Positions 31,355 through 41,171 of a stretch of DNA of 64,000 bases are shown piece after piece. The DNA is taken from contig CAWGBN010000009.1 of NCBI GenBank assembly GCA_963820825.1, positions 192,001-256,000 on the forward strand. Direction: 5' to 3'. The DNA is from Vulcanimicrobiota bacterium. GTDB taxonomy: Bacteria; Vulcanimicrobiota; Vulcanimicrobiia; Vulcanimicrobiales; Vulcanimicrobiaceae. The notes below the pieces were generated by a model. That model did not search any database. It was not told where the DNA came from and saw only the letters and a program-made list of their open reading frames with translations. How positions within the stretch are numbered: the first letter of the stretch is position 1; each line of letters starts with the position of its first letter. A program made the translations under genes and the position numbers.

Positions 31355-32266
31355 TCAACCTAAGGATTCTGGAGCTGCGACCGGCGCGGAGGGCGCGGCC
31401 TCGCGCATTGCCGAGCGAAGCATCGTGACGGCAGCGTAGATCACGACGATCACGACGAGCCATCGAACCGCTGGAATCGGCAGGTGGTAGACCATGTGCG
31501 CGGCAATCCACACGCCGGGTATACCTCCGATCGTCAGTCCTAGAGCGGCAAGCATCGAGAATGCATTGAATCGGATGAATCGCAGGCTTGCGAACGGCAT
31601 GAGAAAGGCGCACGAACCCATCATAATCGGGAAGGCCGCGATCGGGTTCATGCCGAGCAAGCTCACCATGATCATGCACGGCGCGTAGAAGCCGATACCG
31701 ATCGTCATGAGCGCGCCCAGGCAAAGACTAACGAAAATACCGATCCACAGCCGCAACCCCGCGAGTCCCAGCGTATTTCCAGTCAGACCGAATTGGCTTC
31801 CCTTCAGATTCATCATGATAAAGAGCACTGCGGCCACTGCCAGCGCGGTGCCCATTCCGATCTGCACGTAACGCCGCGGCAGGCGGGAGACGAGACCGGC
31901 GCCTAACCACGCCCCGACGACCGCGGCCAGAATCAGCAGGATGAGCGTCCAGGGCTCGACCGCGATGATGCCGATGAAGATGGCGGCTTCCACGACCGTA
32001 GGCAGGGCGTGACCAACGTTCAGCGTTCCGGGTATGCGCTCGTCGGGAACGAAGCGCAGAAACTTATAGAGCGACGTCGTCGTCGCAAACGAGCCGATCC
32101 CGAGTGTGTCGAAGAAGTTCGTTACAAAGCCTATCGCCGTCGCGATCGCGCCGCTTTTCGGCGTGAGCGGGAGCGGATGATATCGGGGTACCGCGCGCGC
32201 GAGGGCGACGATCAGCATCAATGCGACGATCGCCAAACCGACGAACAGGATCGTGTGAACCGTCAT
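31355..32266 (-). CDS. Sulfite exporter TauE/SafE (TSUP)-like permease
   Basis: Multi-TM; NFFDTLGIGSFA…PGTLNVGH; AFPIMMGSCAFL. Confidence 0.7.
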   Translation of the reverse strand: MTVHTILFVGLAIVALMLIVALARAVPRYHPLPLTPKSGAIATAIGFVTNFFDTLGIGSFATTTSLYKFLRFVPDERIPGTLNVGHALPTVVEAAIFIGIIAVEPWTLILLILAAVVGAWLGAGLVSRLPRRYVQIGMGTALAVAAVLFIMMNLKGSQFGLTGNTLGLAGLRLWIGIFVSLCLGALMTIGIGFYAPCMIMVSLLGMNPIAAFPIMMGSCAFLMPFASLRFIRFNAFSMLAALGLTIGGIPGVWIAAHMVYHLPIPAVRWLVVIVVIYAAVTMLRSAMREAAPSAPVAAPESLG

Positions 32267-32335
32267 TTTGGGAGACGGTACGCCCACAACGTGCCGCGGC
32301 CTGCTACGAAGCGCATATCGGCCTCGAGCCGCCGG

Positions 32336-35300
32336 CTACGACGCGGCGAGCTCGCGCGTCGCAGCGGCGTTGAAGTACGCCGCCTGCGGATGGTGCATGA
32401 CGATCGCCGCGGTCGATTGTTCGGGGACGATTTGGAAGCCCTCGGTCAGCGTCACGCCGATTGCCGCGGTTGCGTCGAGCAGACGGAAGACGACCGCGTG
32501 CTGTTCGAGATCCGGACAGGCGCCGTATCCCCACGAATAGCGCTTACCGCGCGCCGCGTCGAGTCCGAGCTCGCGACGGATCCGGCGGTGCGTATACTCG
32601 GCGAGCGCCTCGGCGGCTTGCACCGAGAAACCGTGCAGGAAGTAGGATTCGCTATACTCACCCGCCGCTTGCAGCGCCTCGATGCGCTGCGTCGCCTTCG
32701 ACCCGACGGTGACGATCTGCAGCGCGACGACGTCGCTGCCCGCACCCTCGCTTGGGTCGCGCAGATAATCGGCGAGACTCAGGTGTTCGCCGCCGGCCTG
32801 CCGCGGAAACGTTAGACGCGCGATCTCGGTGCGCGCGTCGCCGGGGTCGTAGAGGATGACGTCGTCGCCGGCTCCCGCAGCGGGGAAGTAGCCGTAGACC
32901 ACGCGCGGTTCCAAGACGTTTCCGCCGAGCGCTTCATCTTGATAGCGGCGCAGCCGCGGATCGAACTCCTCCGCGACGAGCCGGTCGAAGGCGCTCCCCT
33001 TGGTATTCGATCCGCCCCACGAAAGCCGATAGAGACTGCGCAGGTCGAAGCACGGCCACAACTCGCGTAAATCGATCCTTCGCGCTTCGACTTCGCTCGG
33101 CGTGAGACTGGTTCGGTCACCGCCAAGGACACGAGCGCCCCAGAAAGGCGGCACAGGCACGTCGGCGCGGTGCTCCTTGATCGCGGAGCGTACCGCCGTC
33201 GCGACGCGTACCGGCGCCTCGCGCCGCCGCTGCAGCTGCTCGAACGCCTCGCGTTTGGTGCGCTCGACGAGCTGCTCGCGCCGCTGCGGATCGCTCGTCA
33301 ACGCATCGATCAGCTCGAGTCCTTCGAAAGCGTCGCGCGCGTAGAACAATCCCGGTTCGAAGAAGCGGCTTCCGTTCTCGAGCAGAGCGATTCGCCGGCC
33401 GAAGTCGCGGTTGATCGCTGCACCGCCGACGATCACCGGAAAGCGCAGACCGCGGGCATCTTGCTCTTCGAGACAGATCGGCATCTGCTTGCTCGTCGAG
33501 ACGAGCAGCGCGGAGAGGCCGATCGCGTCGGCGCGCACTTCGACCGCCTTCTCCAAGATCGTGTTGACCGGAACTTGCTTACCGAGGTCGTGGACCGTGT
33601 AACCGTTGTTCGCAAGGATCGTATGCACGAGATTCTTGCCGATGTCGTGTACGTCGCCGAAGACCGTTGCGAGCACGACGGTGCCTTTCGTCGCTCCCTC
33701 GCGCCGCTCGAGAAACTGCTCGAGGTGCGCGACCGCCTTCTTCATCACTTCGGCGCATTGCAGCACGAAGGGCAGAATCAGCTCGCCGCGCCCGAACCGG
33801 TCGCCGACGTCTTTCATCGCCGGCAGGAGGATCTCGTTGAGCACCTCGACCGCCGTGTAGCGTTGTAAGGCCTCGTCGATCTTCGTCTCGATTCCATCCT
33901 TGCGCCGATGAAGAATCGCGCGGTGGATCCGCTCCTCGATCGTACCCTTCGACTCGTCGCTGCGCTCCTCGCTCAGGACTGCGCTTCCAGCGGGCCCCTC
34001 TGCCTCGAAATGCTCGATGAGCCGCGTCAGCGCGTCGGGGCGGCGGTTGAAGACGAGATCGTCGCAGAGCTCGCGGATCGCAGCGTCGATCTCGAAGTAC
34101 GGGACGATCTCTTTGGGGTGAACCAGCGCGCAGTCGAGACCGGCTTCCACGCAATGGTGCAGGAAGACCGAGTTCAGCGCCGCGCGAGCGTTGGGTTTTA
34201 GGCCGAACGAAACGTTGGAGATTCCCAGCGACGTGAGCACGCCGGGCAACTCGCGCTTGATCCGGCGAATTCCCTCGATCGTCTCGAGGGCCGACGCGGC
34301 AAACTCGGCCTCGCCGGTCGCCAGCGTGAACGTCAGCGCATCGAAGATCAGCGCACCAGGGGGCAGGCCATACTCGCCGGTCACGATATCGAAGATGCGC
34401 CGCGCGACCTCGGCCTTATGCGATGCGCTCTTCGCCATGCCGCTCTCGTCGATCGTCAGCGCCACGACGGCGGCGCCGTGCTCGCGGGCGATGGGCAGCA
34501 CGGCATCGATCTTCGCTCGCCCCGATTCGAGGTGAACCGAGTTGAGAATCGCACGTCCCGGATAGTTCTGCAACGCGAGCTCGAGCACTTTGGGTTCGGT
34601 CGAGTCGATCGCCAGCGGAGCTTCAATCGATTGAGCGAGGCGCCGCACGACCTCGCGCATCTGATGGTCTTCGTCGGGACGCTCGGTCAGCGCGCAGCAG
34701 ACGTCGAGCACGTGCGCACCGCCCTCCACCTGTTCGCGGGCGACGAGTACGATGTCGTCGTAGCGCTCCTCGAGCAAGAGGCGCTTGATCTTTCGCGATC
34801 CCTGCGCGTTGATGCGCTCGCCGACGATCAGCGGCGCCGGCTGCTGCTCGAGGGCGACGGCCGTAATCGCGGAGGCGACCTCTTCACCGCGTTGCCCCGG
34901 CGCGCGCCGGGGCTTGCGCGCGACCGCATCGATTGCGGCACGCAGCGCCGCGACGTGCGCGGGCGTCGTACCGCAACATCCGCCGACGACGTCGACACCG
35001 AAGTCGCGCACGAATGCGACGAGCTCCCGGGCGAGCTCTTCGGGCCCCTCCGGATAGATGGTCTCACCCTGCGGCCCCATCAAGGGGAGGCCTGCGTTGG
35101 GAATGACGCTGACGAATGCGCGCGAGCGCTCGCAGAGATATCGAATCGAGTCGCGCATCTGTGCCGGACCCGTCGAGCAGTTCAGCCCGACGACGTCGAC
35201 CTCGAGCGCATCGAGCACCGCGCAGATCGCGCGAATATCGGTGCCGAGCAGCATGCGCCCCTCGGTGATCAGCGTCGGCTGCGCCTGAATCGGTACCCGG

Positions 35301-35863
35301 CGCAGGCCGCGCGCGAATTCGCTGCGGATTCCGGCGATTGCCGCTTTGAGTTCGAGCAGATCCTGCATCGTCTCGAGGATGAGCAGATCGACGCCGCCGT
35401 CGACGAGCGCGCGCGCCTGCTCGGCGTAGACGTCGCGCAGCTGCACGTAGCTGACGTTGGAGAGCATCGGGTCGGAGGACGAGACCAGCATGCCGGTCGG
35501 TCCCATCGAGCCGGCGACGAAGCGCGGATGCTCGGGCGTCGAGAACGTGTCGCAGGCCGCACGCGCGATCTCCGCCGCGCGCAGATTGATTTCGCGGGTA
35601 CGCTCGCCGAGTCCGTACTCGTCGAGCTTGATCCTCGATCCGGTGAATGTGTCGGTCTCGACGACGTCGGCGCCGGCGGCGAGATACGATTCGTGGATCG
35701 CGCGAACGATTGCGGGGCGCGTAAGCACGAGCCCTTCGTTGCACCCGTTGTAGGCGGCCCCGCCGAAATCGTCGGCAGAGAGCTCCAGCGCCATGAGTTG
35801 CGTGCCCATGGCGCCGTCAAAGAGCACGACCCGCTCCTCGAGGCGACGCAGATACTCAGGCAT
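32336..35863 (-). CDS. metH: Cobalamin-dependent methionine synthase
   Basis: FDGAMGT, GLNCSTGP, GGCCGT, IVGERINAQGS, GDVHDIGKNLV…SALL, RYSWGYGACPDL. Confidence 0.96.
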   Translation of the reverse strand: MPEYLRRLEERVVLFDGAMGTQLMALELSADDFGGAAYNGCNEGLVLTRPAIVRAIHESYLAAGADVVETDTFTGSRIKLDEYGLGERTREINLRAAEIARAACDTFSTPEHPRFVAGSMGPTGMLVSSSDPMLSNVSYVQLRDVYAEQARALVDGGVDLLILETMQDLLELKAAIAGIRSEFARGLRRVPIQAQPTLITEGRMLLGTDIRAICAVLDALEVDVVGLNCSTGPAQMRDSIRYLCERSRAFVSVIPNAGLPLMGPQGETIYPEGPEELARELVAFVRDFGVDVVGGCCGTTPAHVAALRAAIDAVARKPRRAPGQRGEEVASAITAVALEQQPAPLIVGERINAQGSRKIKRLLLEERYDDIVLVAREQVEGGAHVLDVCCALTERPDEDHQMREVVRRLAQSIEAPLAIDSTEPKVLELALQNYPGRAILNSVHLESGRAKIDAVLPIAREHGAAVVALTIDESGMAKSASHKAEVARRIFDIVTGEYGLPPGALIFDALTFTLATGEAEFAASALETIEGIRRIKRELPGVLTSLGISNVSFGLKPNARAALNSVFLHHCVEAGLDCALVHPKEIVPYFEIDAAIRELCDDLVFNRRPDALTRLIEHFEAEGPAGSAVLSEERSDESKGTIEERIHRAILHRRKDGIETKIDEALQRYTAVEVLNEILLPAMKDVGDRFGRGELILPFVLQCAEVMKKAVAHLEQFLERREGATKGTVVLATVFGDVHDIGKNLVHTILANNGYTVHDLGKQVPVNTILEKAVEVRADAIGLSALLVSTSKQMPICLEEQDARGLRFPVIVGGAAINRDFGRRIALLENGSRFFEPGLFYARDAFEGLELIDALTSDPQRREQLVERTKREAFEQLQRRREAPVRVATAVRSAIKEHRADVPVPPFWGARVLGGDRTSLTPSEVEARRIDLRELWPCFDLRSLYRLSWGGSNTKGSAFDRLVAEEFDPRLRRYQDEALGGNVLEPRVVYGYFPAAGAGDDVILYDPGDARTEIARLTFPRQAGGEHLSLADYLRDPSEGAGSDVVALQIVTVGSKATQRIEALQAAGEYSESYFLHGFSVQAAEALAEYTHRRIRRELGLDAARGKRYSWGYGACPDLEQHAVVFRLLDATAAIGVTLTEGFQIVPEQSTAAIVMHHPQAAYFNAAATRELAAS
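33074..33106. repeat. REP-like repeat copy inside metH
   Basis: GATCCTTCGCGCTTCGACTTCGCTCGGCGTGAG; encodes LTPSEVEARRI. Confidence 0.6.
33945..33979. repeat. REP-like repeat copy inside a metH interdomain linker
   Basis: CCCTTCGACTCG-tcgctgcgct-CCTCGCTCAGGAC; encodes VLSEERSDESKG. Confidence 0.75.
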
Positions 35864-36869
35864 TCTCAGGGACAATCGCTCGAACTTCTCCTACCACGTC
35901 TCCGGCCCGATTATACACTGCGGGGTGCGCAAACCGCTCGAGCTGAGCGATCTGCCGCTCGTCGAGAACCCCGATCCGCTGCAGTACGGCAAGCGTCGAC
36001 GGTCCGCGGGCGCGCGAACCGCCGTCGATCACTTTCGAGACGTATCCGTACTCTCGCGCGATCGCAGCGACTGCGTGAACTCCCTCCGCACCCGCCTTTG
36101 CGGCGATCGTGCCGCGCCCTGCGAGCATCAGCTCGGTGTCGAACTGGTTGGTTCCGGCGACGTACTCGGGATGAGCGACCATTGCGTCGCGCACGATGCG
36201 CAGCGCCTCCGCATCGCGATCGCCGACTCCGTGCAGCGACGCAAATCGTGCAAACGATCGGGCCGCCCGGCGCAGGCTGGTCGCGTAGACGGGGATGCCG
36301 CAGCCGTCGACCGCAATCGGCCAGACCGCCGGATCGTCGTCGGAGAGGCGCGCGCAAAACTCCAAAATCCGTCGTTGTGCCGGGTTGCGCGCTTCTAAAT
36401 AGGTGCCGGGATCGGCACCGATGATCTTGCAGAGGGCGAGAATGCCGGCGTGTTTTCCCGAACAGTTGTTATGCAGCGCGGTCGGCCGTTGCCCGGAACG
36501 CAGAAGTTCGCTCGCCGCGGCTTCGCCGTACGGCAGATGCACGCCGCATTGGAGCGCCGATTCATCCATGCCGATCTTCTCCAGTATCGAACCCACCGCG
36601 CGAACGTGCATCGGCTCGCCGAAGTGAGAGGCCGCCATGACCGCAATCTCCCGCTCGTCGAGACCGAACGCGTCGCGCGCGCCGGCTTCGATTACGGCGG
36701 CGGCGATGAACGGCTTTGCCGCCGAGCGCAGGTAGACCGGCACGTCGACGTCACCGGCGGCATACACGGTTCGATCCGCCGCATCGACCGCGCAGGCGGC
36801 GACGCGATGGACCGACTCGACGAGGTCCCCTCGCATTACCTCAACTAAGATGGCGCGGCCTGTTGTCAC
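35856..36869 (-). CDS. Asparaginase II family (Rhizobium AnsA-like)
   Basis: RGDLVESVH, RSAAKPF, ASHFGE, NNCSGKH, DGCG, AKAGAEG. Confidence 0.88.
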   Translation of the reverse strand: MTTGRAILVEVMRGDLVESVHRVAACAVDAADRTVYAAGDVDVPVYLRSAAKPFIAAAVIEAGARDAFGLDEREIAVMAASHFGEPMHVRAVGSILEKIGMDESALQCGVHLPYGEAAASELLRSGQRPTALHNNCSGKHAGILALCKIIGADPGTYLEARNPAQRRILEFCARLSDDDPAVWPIAVDGCGIPVYATSLRRAARSFARFASLHGVGDRDAEALRIVRDAMVAHPEYVAGTNQFDTELMLAGRGTIAAKAGAEGVHAVAAIAREYGYVSKVIDGGSRARGPSTLAVLQRIGVLDERQIAQLERFAHPAVYNRAGDVVGEVRAIVPENA

Positions 36870-36887
36870 CCTGAGCCTGTCGAAGGG
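36865..36887. repeat. REP-like repeat forming the cysK-asparaginase junction
   Basis: Minus strand CCCTTCGACAGGCTCAGGGTGAC. Confidence 0.75.
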
Positions 36888-37850
36888 TCAAACCAGCGCT
36901 GGTTCGACGATCGTCGCCTCTTGTTCGGCGAAGACGGGATTGCTCAGATAACGCTCGCCGGTGTCGCAGCCGATCGTGACGACACTCTTCCCACGCATTG
37001 CGGGGCGCGCCGCAACGGTGAGTGCGGCCCAGACGTTGGCGCCGGTCGAGATGCCGACGAGCATACCCTCCTCGCGTGCCAACCGGCGCGTGGTCGCGAT
37101 TGCATCGGCATCGGTAACGCGAATCACTTCGTCGTAGATCTGCGTGTTGAGCACTTTTGGTACGAACCCCGCGCCGGTGCCTTGAATCTTATGCGGACCG
37201 GGCTTGCCGCCGGAGAGGACGGGCGAGGCGTCGGGTTCGACGGCAACGATCGTCACGCCGGCCTTACGCGCCTTGAGCACCTCACCGACGCCGGTCATGG
37301 TTCCGCCGGTGCCGATCGCCGAAACGACGACGTCGACCGCGCCGTCGGTATCGCGCCAAATCTCCTCGGCGGTCGTACGGCGATGAATCTCCGGATTCGC
37401 CGGATTTTCAAACTGCTGCGGCATGAAAAACTTCTCGGCGCCGCCGGCGAGGATCTCATTCGCGCGGCGAAGCGCGCCCGGCATCCCCTCGGCGCCCGGC
37501 GTGAGCACGACTTGCGCTCCGTACGCCTTGAGCAGATTCCGCCGCTCGATGGTCATCGTCTCCGGCATCACCAGAATGAGCGGATATCCCTTCGCCGCGG
37601 CGACGAAAGCCAGCGCGATGCCGGTATTCCCGCTCGTCGCCTCGAGGATCGTCATGCCCGGACGGAGGCGGCCGTCGCGTTCGGCCGCTTCGATCATCGC
37701 GACGCCGATCCGATCCTTCACCGAGCCGGCCGGGTTGAACGACTCCATCTTCACCAATACGGTTGCGGGAAGATCGCGCGCCATTCGGGGGAGTTTCACC
37801 AGCGGCGTATTGCCGAACGTGTCGGCGAGATTCTCATAGATTCGTGCCAT
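36888..37850 (-). CDS. cysK: Cysteine synthase A
   Basis: [42 protein letters not shown]. Confidence 0.95.
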   Translation of the reverse strand: MARIYENLADTFGNTPLVKLPRMARDLPATVLVKMESFNPAGSVKDRIGVAMIEAAERDGRLRPGMTILEATSGNTGIALAFVAAAKGYPLILVMPETMTIERRNLLKAYGAQVVLTPGAEGMPGALRRANEILAGGAEKFFMPQQFENPANPEIHRRTTAEEIWRDTDGAVDVVVSAIGTGGTMTGVGEVLKARKAGVTIVAVEPDASPVLSGGKPGPHKIQGTGAGFVPKVLNTQIYDEVIRVTDADAIATTRRLAREEGMLVGISTGANVWAALTVAARPAMRGKSVVTIGCDTGERYLSNPVFAEQEATIVEPALV

Positions 37851-37907
37851 AGTACTCGGACTTAACCCTCACTAGGAGTCGGCCGTTGCAACTGAGTATC
37901 AGCGGCC

Positions 37908-39650
37908 ATGCGGTTACCCTCCTTCGCCACACGAGCGGCGCTCGTTGCAATCCTCATCTCGTGGACGCTCCCACCGGCTCCCGCACCGGCGGCCGGCGAG
38001 CCGACCATGGAGGCCGCACTCGACGCCATCGCGGCTTTCGCACCCGAAGCGATGCGCCGCCAGGGCACGCCGGGACTCTCCGTCGCCGTAACCGACCGCA
38101 CGCGGACGCTGCGCGTTATTACGCTCGGCTACGCGAATCGCGACGCGAGCCAGCCGGTCACGCCGCAGACGCGGTTCGCGATCGGATCGATCACCAAGTC
38201 GATGACGGCGCTCGCGCTGCTGCAGCTTCACGATGCCGGGCGCGTCGATTTGAACGCGCCGGTGCCCCGATATCTTCCGTGGTTCGCGATCGACAGCGGT
38301 GGAAAGCCGATCCTCATTCACGAGCTGCTCTCGCATACCGCCGGCATCCCCGACGATTTTGCGGCGGAGGCCGGATACCGGTACGACATCCTCGCGCTGC
38401 GTCGCGCCAAGACGCTCTTCGCGCCGGGAACGGCGTGGTCGTATTCGAATGACGGCTATGCGACCGCCGGAGCGATTCTGGCGCGGCTCGACGCACGCTC
38501 TTGGCCGGCATCCGTTACGGCGCGCGTCTTCGAGCCGCTCGGCATGACGAACAGCTCTGCAGTCTTCACGCCCGCGGCGATGAGCGGCGCGGCGATCGGC
38601 TACCAGTTCCGCGATAACGACCGCCCCGCACCGCAGAATCCGGCACTCGTTGCATCGCCGCCTCTCGACTTCGTCGATCCAGCCGGTTCGGTGCTCTCGA
38701 CGCCCGAGGACATGGCGCAATACATGCGCTTTTACCTCAACGGCGGACGCACGGCGAACGGAGACCAGCTCATTGCGCCGGCAACCTTTGCGGCGATGAC
38801 GCACTCGGACCGCCTGATCGATGGAAAGCCCGCCGGCTCGCCCGGCGCCGAACTCGCCGAGTGGCCGGAATTCTACCGCGGCTATGGATTCGGCCTATCG
38901 ACGTTCGATGACGGCGGCGATCATCTCGTCGGCCACACCGGGGGAATCTCCGGATACACCGCCTGCATGCAGATGAACCTCTCGCGCGGCTTCGGCGTGA
39001 TCGCGTTTGCCAATCTCGTCGAGGCGCCGCTCCACCCGTGCGCGATAGTGCGCTACGCGATGCAGGTGCTGCACGCGCAGAACCTCGGTGAAGCGCTTCC
39101 GGCGCCCCCGGCGCCGGACGACCCGATGCACGTCGCCCACGCGAACGAGTACGACGGCACGTATACGTCGGCCGACGGTACGTCGCTGCGCGTCGTGAGC
39201 CAAAACGATCGCGTGCAGCTTCTCGACGGTTCCAAGACGATCGCCCTCTATCCGCGCGGACCCGATCTCTTCTGGGCCGACGATCCGAAGTACGCGCTCT
39301 TTGCCCTCGCCTTCGGACGCGATCGCAACCGGTCGGTCGTCGAGATGACCTTCGGCTCGCTGTGGTATCCGAACGAGCGCTATCGCGGCCCACGCACGTT
39401 CTCGCATCCCGCGTCGTGGGACGCGCTCGCCGGACGCTACGAGAACACGTTCTTCGGGGAGCCGGCGGTCACGCGCGTTCTTATCGTAAAGAATCACCTG
39501 ACCTTCGACGGAACCGACGAGCTTAAACCGTTGGCCGACGGCAGCTTCGCGCTCGGGAGCTCCGTCGTTCGCTTCGATTCGTACGCCGGCAGCGAGCCGC
39601 AGCGCGTCTGGCTCGACGCGACGCCGCTCTACCGCGTCGAGCTGCCCTAA
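37908..39650 (+). CDS. Secreted serine hydrolase, beta-lactamase (AmpC-like) family
   Basis: Signal peptide; FAIGSITKS, LLSHTAG, YSN, HTGG. Confidence 0.88.
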   Translation: MRLPSFATRAALVAILISWTLPPAPAPAAGEPTMEAALDAIAAFAPEAMRRQGTPGLSVAVTDRTRTLRVITLGYANRDASQPVTPQTRFAIGSITKSMTALALLQLHDAGRVDLNAPVPRYLPWFAIDSGGKPILIHELLSHTAGIPDDFAAEAGYRYDILALRRAKTLFAPGTAWSYSNDGYATAGAILARLDARSWPASVTARVFEPLGMTNSSAVFTPAAMSGAAIGYQFRDNDRPAPQNPALVASPPLDFVDPAGSVLSTPEDMAQYMRFYLNGGRTANGDQLIAPATFAAMTHSDRLIDGKPAGSPGAELAEWPEFYRGYGFGLSTFDDGGDHLVGHTGGISGYTACMQMNLSRGFGVIAFANLVEAPLHPCAIVRYAMQVLHAQNLGEALPAPPAPDDPMHVAHANEYDGTYTSADGTSLRVVSQNDRVQLLDGSKTIALYPRGPDLFWADDPKYALFALAFGRDRNRSVVEMTFGSLWYPNERYRGPRTFSHPASWDALAGRYENTFFGEPAVTRVLIVKNHLTFDGTDELKPLADGSFALGSSVVRFDSYAGSEPQRVWLDATPLYRVELP

Positions 39651-39661
39651 CCGGTGTCATC

Positions 39662-39937
39662 CTAACTACCGACGTCCCAGAGCAATCCGAGATCTTTCTT
39701 CGAGAAGGACCGGAAGGCGATCAGCGTCTCGGTGCCGAGGATCCCTTCGAGCGCCGCGACGCGGTCGGTTACCAGATCGTTGAGCTCCTCGTGCTGCCGG
39801 ACGCGTGCGACCGCGATGAGATCGTAGGGACCGGCGACCGAATAGACTTCGGCGATGCCGTCGATGGCGAGCAGATCGTCGGCAATCGAACGCAGGCGCG
39901 GGCGCTCGACAGTCATGAGAATGAATGCAGTGACCAT
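39662..39937 (-). CDS. Lrp/AsnC ligand-binding-domain protein
   Basis: MVTAFILM…EVYSVAGPYDLIA…TETLIAF. Confidence 0.85.
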   Translation of the reverse strand: MVTAFILMTVERPRLRSIADDLLAIDGIAEVYSVAGPYDLIAVARVRQHEELNDLVTDRVAALEGILGTETLIAFRSFSKKDLGLLWDVGS

Positions 39938-39938
39938 G

Positions 39939-40100
39939 CTATGCGATCCCGGCCGGTGCGGCGAGCGCACCGTTGCAGTTCGGGCAGCGCCCGTTCATCT
40001 CGTCAGCACAGACCTCGCAGAACGTGCATTCGTACGAGCAGATTCGCGCATCGGTGCGATTCGGCAACGGCCGGGCGCACCGTTCGCAGGAGCTTTTCAT
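39939..40100 (-). CDS. Small Cys-rich DUF1272-like protein (53 aa, not in the ORF track)
   Basis: MKSSCERCARPLPNRTDARICSYECTFCEVCADEMNGRCPNCNGALAAPAGIA. Confidence 0.82.
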   Translation of the reverse strand: MKSSCERCARPLPNRTDARICSYECTFCEVCADEMNGRCPNCNGALAAPAGIA

Positions 40101-40160
40101 TCAGAAGCCTATATGCCGCCAATCGCAGCGGCACCTGGCGCGTTTGAGAGGAGCGAGTGC

Positions 40161-41102
40161 ATGCAAGCCGTCGTCGTCGAGCATCGCGGAGAAGCCGGAT
40201 CGTTACGAGAGATCGCCGCGCCCGAGCCGGGACCGCACGAAATTCTCGTTCGCGTCACGGCGGCCGGAGTCAATCCGATCGATTGGAAGCTGCGCGACCG
40301 CGACGACCGCCGTTTTCCATTCGTTCTGGGACAGGATTTCGCCGGCGTCGTGAGCGCGACGGGCGGCCGGGTTACGAAGTACCGAGAGGGCGAGCGCATA
40401 TTCGGAATCGCCCGCGACCATGGCGCTTACGCGCAGTACACGATCGTTCCGGAAAACGACCACGAGCAACCCGTCGCCAAAATTCCCGACGCCGTCGGCG
40501 ATGCCGATGCCGCAGCGCTGCCGACCGCCGGCTTGACGGCGCTGGCCGCACTCGAGGCGCTGCACGTCGCAAAGGGAACCACGCTGCTCGTTCTCGGTGC
40601 AACCGGCGGCGTCGGCGGCTTTGCCGTCCAGATCGCGCACGACCGCGAAGCGCGCGTCATCGGCACCGCCGGATCGGCAAACGAGGCTGCGGCGCGTTCG
40701 CTCGGCGTCGACGAGTTCGTCGCGTACGATCGTCAAGACGTTGCAGCGGCGGTGAAAACCGCACATTCGGAAGGCGTCGACGCCGTGCTCGATCTCGTCG
40801 ACGATGCGAAGGCGATCGAGGCGATGGCCGGCGTGATTCGTCCCGGCGGCAGCATCGTTTCCACAATCGGCGCGGCCGGCGTGGATTGGTTCACGCAGCG
40901 CAAGATCACCGCGCAGAATCTCGTCATGACTCAGACGCCGCAATCCTCGCACGCCGGGTTACGCACGCTGCTCGAGCTCGTCGAGCAGGGGCGAATGCGC
41001 GTGACCATCGCCGCAGAGCGTCCGCTCGCCGAGGCCGTCGACGCACTCGAACGGCTCAAGCGCGGATCCGTCACCGGCAAGATCGTGATCACGGTGGATT
41101 AA
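40161..41102 (+). CDS. NADP-dependent oxidoreductase (MDR/quinone oxidoreductase family)
   Basis: AAGVNPIDWK, LGQDFAGVV, LVLGATGGVG, GKIVI; SD GAGGAG. Confidence 0.9.
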   Translation: MQAVVVEHRGEAGSLREIAAPEPGPHEILVRVTAAGVNPIDWKLRDRDDRRFPFVLGQDFAGVVSATGGRVTKYREGERIFGIARDHGAYAQYTIVPENDHEQPVAKIPDAVGDADAAALPTAGLTALAALEALHVAKGTTLLVLGATGGVGGFAVQIAHDREARVIGTAGSANEAAARSLGVDEFVAYDRQDVAAAVKTAHSEGVDAVLDLVDDAKAIEAMAGVIRPGGSIVSTIGAAGVDWFTQRKITAQNLVMTQTPQSSHAGLRTLLELVEQGRMRVTIAAERPLAEAVDALERLKRGSVTGKIVITVD

Positions 41103-41113
41103 TGGAAGAGCTA

Positions 41114-41137
41114 CTTCGCCGCTTCGCTCAGGATGAG
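41114..41137. repeat. REP-like repeat, intergenic
   Basis: CTTCGCCGCTTCGCTCAGGATGAG between convergent genes. Confidence 0.6.
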
Positions 41138-41171
41138 AACTGTGGAGCCGCGCCGCTAGGACGCGCCGAAC

